The notes below the pieces were generated by a model, which saw nothing but the letters and a program-made list of their open reading frames with translations, made no database searches and was not told the DNA's origin. Shown here in pieces: positions 1 through 4,977 of a stretch of 10,022 bases of DNA (positions are counted from its first letter, which is position 1; each line of letters opens with the position of its first letter). The DNA is taken from assembly GCA_044356295.1 (NCBI GenBank), contig JBIKWN010000080.1:1-10022 (forward strand). Reading direction: 5' to 3'. Source of the stretch: Bdellovibrionota bacterium. Its GTDB lineage: Bacteria; Bdellovibrionota_C; UBA2361; JBIKWN01. The position numbers and the translations under genes were made by a program.

Positions 1-1018
1 CTTTCGTATAACTGAGATTATAAAGAAGAAAAGGTGTCACGATAGCGGTTTGATGTACATGGCTATGAGGTGTAATTATAACACTCAGTAAACTACAAGC
101 TAACAGTATTGCTGGTTGGTGGAAGTGTCTATTATGAACCACTCGAACGAACAGGAATAATAAGAAGAGCAGTATAGATGACCAGATTAGTATTTTAGAA
201 TTGAGATCAAGAGTTAGCAGTTCTAGCCTTAGCCAAATCATATGGATATTTGGTTGTGTTAAGGTCCAGGCACCGAAATCTGAACGATAATTTGATAAGA
301 GTTCAAACCAAGAAGCATGGGCTTTCATACCGAATACAAGTACCGATAGTATCAGTAGAACGAAGATCCCACTGAGCATACTTAAAAAACATCGATACGA
401 CTTGCTTAGAAAAAGACCAGCCAAAATCCATACAGCAATTTGGGGCTTAGCGAAAGTTAAGGCAAAGAGTGCGCCAGCTCTTATATTTTTTCCATTCCCA
501 AGGAATGTAAGTGCCATAGTGCAACAGATCATTAGTAAAATACTTGGATTGAAAAAGAAAAAACTCAGTAAACTTCCTCCTCCAACGATGCTGCCAAGTA
601 TAGCGTCTGTTCTGTTTATGAGGGTATTTTTTTGGTGCAGTTTTGAAGTTGACCAAATTGCTAAAGAGCTAACTATAATTATTGTATAGAGAATCTCTAT
701 TTTTGGGTTCAGTGATCCAAACGGAAGAGCTAGAAGAGAAAAAATTGGAAGATATGCAAAGGGTAATACAGAATACTCTTGACTAAGTGTATTAGTGCCA
801 AAAGTATTTAGAGTAGATTGGAGTTTAGCTAGTAGTTCGGTGTTATAAATATCGAACCAATTAAAATTTCTAAGGATAGTGCTCGTTGAAAGCCATACCC
901 GATAATCTACAAATCCATATTCAAACCAACCAAATAATTCGAGAGATTGATGAGCATAAATCAAAAATAGAGTACAAAGGGTAATGAATAAATATGATTT
1001 TCTTCTTAGTGGATTCAT
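1..1018 (-). CDS. GT87/DUF2029-like polytopic membrane glycosyltransferase (GT-C fold), partial; 3' end runs off the window
   Basis: Absent from the ORF track because no stop falls inside the window. Manual translation from the ATG at 1018 gives MNPLRRKSYLFITLCTLFLIY...VDYRVW...QEYSVLPFAYLPIFSLLALP...RAGALFALTFAKPQIAVWIL...ILLACSLLSVIITPHSHVHQTAIVTPFLL. It has an acidic residue in the first loop, a PFxYxP motif, an AxK-P motif and a late TPHSHVH motif, all typical of GT87/DUF2029, plus many hydrophobic helices. Confidence 0.85.
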   Translation of the reverse strand, partial: MNPLRRKSYLFITLCTLFLIYAHQSLELFGWFEYGFVDYRVWLSTSTILRNFNWFDIYNTELLAKLQSTLNTFGTNTLSQEYSVLPFAYLPIFSLLALPFGSLNPKIEILYTIIIVSSLAIWSTSKLHQKNTLINRTDAILGSIVGGGSLLSFFFFNPSILLMICCTMALTFLGNGKNIRAGALFALTFAKPQIAVWILAGLFLSKSYRCFLSMLSGIFVLLILSVLVFGMKAHASWFELLSNYRSDFGAWTLTQPNIHMIWLRLELLTLDLNSKILIWSSILLFLLFLFVRVVHNRHFHQPAILLACSLLSVIITPHSHVHQTAIVTPFLLYNLSYTK

Positions 1019-1127
1019 AGAGGCTGGGTACGTGGATTACCTAAAATTTAATACTGTTTTCTAAACATCATCAATATACAACAGTGTAACGTGTAATAAT
1101 CTTCCCTTTTCAAACCTTGATTGTCAT

Positions 1128-1133
1128 GAGAGG
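1128..1133 (+). promoter_or_regulatory. Shine-Dalgarno site of the pilin gene
   Basis: GAGAGG located 9 nt upstream of ATG 1143. Confidence 0.6.
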
Positions 1134-1142
1134 ATATTAATA

Positions 1143-1340
1143 ATGGTCAGAAGAAGGGGTAAAAAACATTCAAAGGGAGCTGCATTGGTAGAGTATGCAT
1201 TACTTGTTGCCCTTATCGCCATTATTTGCATTTCTGCAGTTCGTTCTATTGGTGAGACAACCAACTACACAATAAGGGCTGCGCGCCGTTGTCTAATGTA
1301 TAGGTCTGCAACTTGGTGTGATGGAACCGTAAGACGATAA
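1143..1340 (+). CDS. flp: Flp/Fap-type (Tad) prepilin
   Basis: 65 aa with a basic leader (MVRRRGKKHSKG), the class III cleavage/Flp motif G^AALVEY (E at +5 followed by Y), a hydrophobic helix ALLVALIAIICISAV and the downstream Gly of the Flp motif. Good RBS. Confidence 0.9.
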   Translation: MVRRRGKKHSKGAALVEYALLVALIAIICISAVRSIGETTNYTIRAARRCLMYRSATWCDGTVRR

Positions 1341-1420
1341 AGCTATCTCTTTATATTATTTCAACTATCTGTCTTGCTTACTTTTGTATTAATCAAATAG
1401 TAAATGATGTTGCTATTCTT

Positions 1421-2563
1421 ATGGATAGTACAAATCAATTCAGTGATTTGCTACAGGATTACTTATCCAGTACTCAATTGAAGTTTGGACTTAATCCATA
1501 TGAATCATTAATTCAACTTCAAAAACAATATCTACCTTTAGTCAAACAGTTTCAATTTTTCCATCCAACTCCTCATCAGCCGGCTTCATTGTTTTTATTT
1601 ATTCCGTTGACGTTTGTTTCATATAAAACAGCTTCAATTATTTGGTACTGCCTGCAGCTTGTAACTTTTTTTTGTATTTTTTGGAAATTATCAGGAGATC
1701 TAGGGATAGTTAACAGGGTCCCAATCTTCCGATTCTATTTCTGTATTATTTTAATTGGTTCTGATCCTGTAAGGATGGAGCTGATGCTAGGGCAGTGGAA
1801 TTATATTTTATTGGCTCTTGTTACATTGTATTTATCTCTTCCAGTTCAAAAAACATCCCTAAAAATACTATGTCTCACTTTACTCATGAGTATTAAATCG
1901 ATTGGGGTACTTTTTATCTTAGCGCTCTGTAATAAAAAGAATATAAAACTTTTTTTATTATTTTTACTATTTTCAGGAGTCATTAATGTTTCTCTATCAA
2001 TTATGTACCCTAACGTTATTGCAGGTTACAAAGATTCAATATACGAAACCATTTTATTTTACTTGGAAGAGCCTGCAAATGCTTCACTTTGGGCTGGGCT
2101 CTATGGAGTCTTAGATATAGTTGGCATTGGTCAAGGAAATATTCAGATCCGTTTTTGGATGATTAGCGTTTTCATTTCATTAGTTGCGGTTTGGTGGGTG
2201 ATTTCAGGGAAGCGATTTACAGATAAATATTGTTTTTTTCTTTTTACTCTTTCAGGTTCCTTGTTGCTTCTTCCAATTCTTTGGCCACACGCGCTGATTC
2301 TTTTGATTCCACCAACTGCTTTATTATTTGCTTCAATAAGATGGAGTAATATTCCAGAGCGTTATTCAATACTTGGAATCGGATTAATTTTATTCTGGTA
2401 TTTTTCTAGGCAGCCTGTTCTCTTTCTTACCGATTATTTTATTTCTCGAAATATATTTTCAAACATTGGAAATATCATTGGTAGTAGTACGACCCTCTTT
2501 TTATTATTGGTGATGATATACGTTAGGGAACTTGACCGAGTGCTTTTAAGTGAGAAAAGATAG
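1421..2563 (+). CDS. GT87/DUF2029-like polytopic membrane glycosyltransferase; true start probably upstream (~1321-1337)
   Basis: Motifs DLLQDY..GLNPY, HPTPHQP, LGQWN, SIK, NASL and LPILWPHALILLIPP match the GT87/DUF2029 pattern, with many TM segments. The frame stays open upstream to 1322 and encodes a further hydrophobic helix. Confidence 0.85.
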   Translation: MDSTNQFSDLLQDYLSSTQLKFGLNPYESLIQLQKQYLPLVKQFQFFHPTPHQPASLFLFIPLTFVSYKTASIIWYCLQLVTFFCIFWKLSGDLGIVNRVPIFRFYFCIILIGSDPVRMELMLGQWNYILLALVTLYLSLPVQKTSLKILCLTLLMSIKSIGVLFILALCNKKNIKLFLLFLLFSGVINVSLSIMYPNVIAGYKDSIYETILFYLEEPANASLWAGLYGVLDIVGIGQGNIQIRFWMISVFISLVAVWWVISGKRFTDKYCFFLFTLSGSLLLLPILWPHALILLIPPTALLFASIRWSNIPERYSILGIGLILFWYFSRQPVLFLTDYFISRNIFSNIGNIIGSSTTLFLLLVMIYVRELDRVLLSEKR

Positions 2564-2576
2564 TTTTATAATTGCA

Positions 2577-4373
2577 TCAGATTTCTTCCAGTCTTTTTCG
2601 GACAGACGCAGCCATTTCAGGGTCTATTTCTTCTAAACCACTAAAAGCAAATTTGTCTTGGAATTCAAGAAGCCAAAATTCAAAATTTGATGATTCCTGA
2701 TTCCATACTGGAACGAGATCTACCACAAAACTTTTAATCCCTGTTTTTTCGAAATAATGCTTTGCAAACTTATTTACCATCTCGCGCATATCGGAAAGAT
2801 TTTTTTCAACATTTTCGTCTATGGGATGAAATGCTGAATCAGCCTCTGTTATACCTAAGCGCTGCAAATAGAGGCCTCGAATAACCTCTTCGCTAAAAGC
2901 GCCATGTCCGGCAATGCTAATATTTGCCGCAACTGGATCACCACTCATCTTACAATAATCAGCAACGACATGCGGAATCGAATTTGATTCATCAATTTGG
3001 CAAATAACTCTAAATTCAACTCTTTGATTTTTAAGGGTCTCAAAAGGAATTTCTTGTTCGATGATGGGATTATTAATAGATGTAAGAATGGCTGTTAATA
3101 GGGACTCGACGGAGATTTTATTTTTTTCTAATTTTTTATTGAGTTGTGTTTTTTGTTGTTCAATAACTTGCTCAGGATAAAGCTTAATCCCTTCGCTATC
3201 AAAAGAGATATGTTGTTCTTGGATATCTTCTACTTTGAGAATTGCATACTCGATATCCTGAAGAATTTCTTGAGATGATGTCTCTAAGTAGGGTTCTCCA
3301 GAGGGCTCAAACCCAAGTTTAAGAATCATCCTACCACCACTTGAATTGCTGCCCTTGATATAGACTGGTTCTCTTAAAGATAGTAGTAGCTGAGCAAGTT
3401 CAGATGTTGAAAGACTATTATCATCTTTACTTTCAATCTGAGTATTTCCTAAGAAGCGAACATCACTACCTTGTAATTTCTGAAAGAATGATTTGAGTTT
3501 ATCTTGCGCTGTATTAGGTCTACCGAAAATTGCGGCTATCAATCTTGCTTCTTCAGGAGGCGCTGATAATCTTAATCTTTGGTCAATCTGACCATGACAA
3601 TTTGGTAAAGGAATCGAAGCTACATTATCGCCATCTCTTATAAGCACATAAGCATCTGCATACAGAATAGCAGAGCCCTTTTTGTCTTTAAAAAATGATT
3701 TAGGGATGGCATTAAATAGGTCCATTGGTTGTAACACTTCAAAGCAGTGGCCCCCTGTTGTGTGAATATACCTTCCATCAATAAATCCCGGTTGAGGAAA
3801 GTATCCTTGGGCAATGTCTCGATTAGTTACTTTGTCTTTTTGGGACAATTGGTCCAATTTTTCTATTTCTTTAATTCTTAAATCATTTTGAATAGATTGT
3901 TCACCGCTAGAGATGAACATATTAGCCTTATCTGACATGCTTAGACTTCTCATTTTATCTAGTATGCCTATAGGAATCCCAGCTCCTTGTATAATACTAA
4001 ATGCAGATGGTGTTGTCTCAATCTGTTCTAAAAAACCAAATATATGATCTCGATGTAATTTTGAATATTGAAGATTTGGTGTGGCCGCTACTATCGTATA
4101 TGTAGGGGTTTCAGCTAAGCTTTTTGATAAGTCTTCAAACCTTATTCGTTGATTGCGAGGAATTTCAGAAATTCCTTTTATAATTGATGGTTCAAGATGT
4201 TTACGAATTGCCTCATCACTAACTTTTATGTAACTGGGACTTGCATGTGGTTTCTCTCTTTGAGACTGAAGATATATTTCTTGAAGTCCCTCGTGACAAA
4301 ACGATACACGAGGTCCTTCCGATGGGGGTAAAGTTGGCTGACTTGAAGGATCAAAAGGATCAATACGTCTCAT
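2577..4373 (-). CDS. YheC/YheD-like ATP-grasp domain protein with an uncharacterised N-terminal region
   Basis: 598-aa soluble ORF. The C-terminal half carries ATP-grasp motifs in the expected order: PVYIKGSNSSGGRMILKL (cf. KPxxGSxGxGI), IIEQEIPF, VEFRVICQ (cf. DfRv.vQ), ANISIAG (cf. Nl..gG), VVDL and FWLLEFQ (cf. WliEvN). Confidence 0.65.
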   Translation of the reverse strand: MRRIDPFDPSSQPTLPPSEGPRVSFCHEGLQEIYLQSQREKPHASPSYIKVSDEAIRKHLEPSIIKGISEIPRNQRIRFEDLSKSLAETPTYTIVAATPNLQYSKLHRDHIFGFLEQIETTPSAFSIIQGAGIPIGILDKMRSLSMSDKANMFISSGEQSIQNDLRIKEIEKLDQLSQKDKVTNRDIAQGYFPQPGFIDGRYIHTTGGHCFEVLQPMDLFNAIPKSFFKDKKGSAILYADAYVLIRDGDNVASIPLPNCHGQIDQRLRLSAPPEEARLIAAIFGRPNTAQDKLKSFFQKLQGSDVRFLGNTQIESKDDNSLSTSELAQLLLSLREPVYIKGSNSSGGRMILKLGFEPSGEPYLETSSQEILQDIEYAILKVEDIQEQHISFDSEGIKLYPEQVIEQQKTQLNKKLEKNKISVESLLTAILTSINNPIIEQEIPFETLKNQRVEFRVICQIDESNSIPHVVADYCKMSGDPVAANISIAGHGAFSEEVIRGLYLQRLGITEADSAFHPIDENVEKNLSDMREMVNKFAKHYFEKTGIKSFVVDLVPVWNQESSNFEFWLLEFQDKFAFSGLEEIDPEMAASVRKRLEEI

Positions 4374-4525
4374 TATTTAATAGATATGCATTGCGATTTT
4401 ATGGCGTGACATATCAATGAGGTATTACGATAGCTAAAATGTACCCAAAAACAGCTATAAGCCACATTATTTCAGCAAGTTAGGCAGTTTGAGTATACAA
4501 CTCCCATTATTTCTTTAAAACATCT

Positions 4526-4552
4526 CCTTCGTGTACTTCGCGTCCTTCGCGT
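4526..4552 (+). repeat. Imperfect 9-bp tandem repeat, 3 copies (consensus CCTTCGCGT)
   Basis: ccttcgtgt (4526-4534), acttcgcgt (4535-4543) and ccttcgcgt (4544-4552); a GC-rich island in an AT-rich intergenic region. Confidence 0.75.
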
Positions 4553-4574
4553 TAAAATAACTTCATGATAGAAT
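4546..4574 (+). promoter_or_regulatory. Sigma70-type promoter for rnpB (extended -10)
   Basis: TG-a-TAGAAT at 4566-4574 ends 6 nt before the first base of helix P1 (4581). A weak -35 (TTCGCG, 4546-4551) sits at 17-nt spacing. Confidence 0.65.
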
Positions 4575-4580
4575 CATCCT

Positions 4581-4969
4581 ACGAGTCGTCCAGGTAGTCG
4601 CTCCACTCTTTTCCTAGCGAGAAGAGGGAGAGGAAAGTCGGGACTTCCAGCAACGGGTTGGCTGCTAACGGCAGCACGTAGTGATACGTGGAAAGTGCCA
4701 CAGAAAAGAAGACAGCATCGAAAGATGAATTGGTGAAACCGTGAGGTAAAAGCTCACGCACTTTTTTGGTAACAAAGAAGTGTGGTAAACCCCAGCTGAT
4801 GCAAGACAGAATGTAAGAGGTTCATCGCTTTGGCGATGAGAAGGGGTTGCGCTTCTTAGCCGGTCGACGGCAACGCCTCTTCGAGGACAGTCGCAACGAG
4901 GTAACTTGTGAAAGTTACCCCAGATGAATGACTACTCAATGACAGAATCCCGCTTAACGGATGGCTCGT
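4581..4969 (+). ncRNA. rnpB: Ribonuclease P RNA, bacterial type A
   Basis: Conserved blocks: GAGGAAAGTC (4630-4639), GGAAAGTGCCACAGAAA (4690-4706), GGTGAAAC, TGGTAAACCCC, GCAAG, AGATGAAT and ACAGAA..GCTTA (4942-4956). P1 pairs ACGAGTCGTCC (4581-4591) with GGATGGCTCGT (4959-4969). Other helices: P2 GTAGTC/GACTAC; P8 GCTGC-TAACG-GCAGC; P9 ACGTA-GTGA-TACGT; P13 CGTGAG/CTCACG; P14; P18 GGTAACTT-GTGA-AAGTTACC. Confidence 0.97.
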
Positions 4970-4977
4970 TTTTATCT

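Noticed and set aside
402..689. ORF-track entries 402..689 (+) and 447..656 (-)
   Set aside because: They are antisense and alternate-frame shadows of the longer GT87-like gene (<1..1018, -), which carries clear family motifs.
1025..1041. Sigma54-like site GGTACG-TGGA-TTAC upstream of the pilin
   Set aside because: The near-invariant -12 GC is AC here, which is insufficient support.
626..2240. T7-T8 homopolymer runs in the GT genes as phase-variation tracts
   Set aside because: The runs are short and expected in AT-rich, Phe/Leu/Lys-rich membrane-protein genes, and the frames are intact across them.
1143..4373. Pilin-sized ORF plus ATP-grasp enzyme as a RiPP (graspetide) cluster
   Set aside because: The small ORF is a clear Flp prepilin with no graspetide core repeats, and the ATP-grasp gene is convergent and separately transcribed.
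4579..4761. 60-aa minus-strand ORF
   Set aside because: It lies antisense to the conserved core of rnpB and has no protein-like features.
4526..4969. CRISPR array, tRNA or riboswitch interpretation of the hairpin-rich intergenic region
   Set aside because: There is no repeat-spacer periodicity or cloverleaf, and the hairpins are accounted for by RNase P RNA helices.
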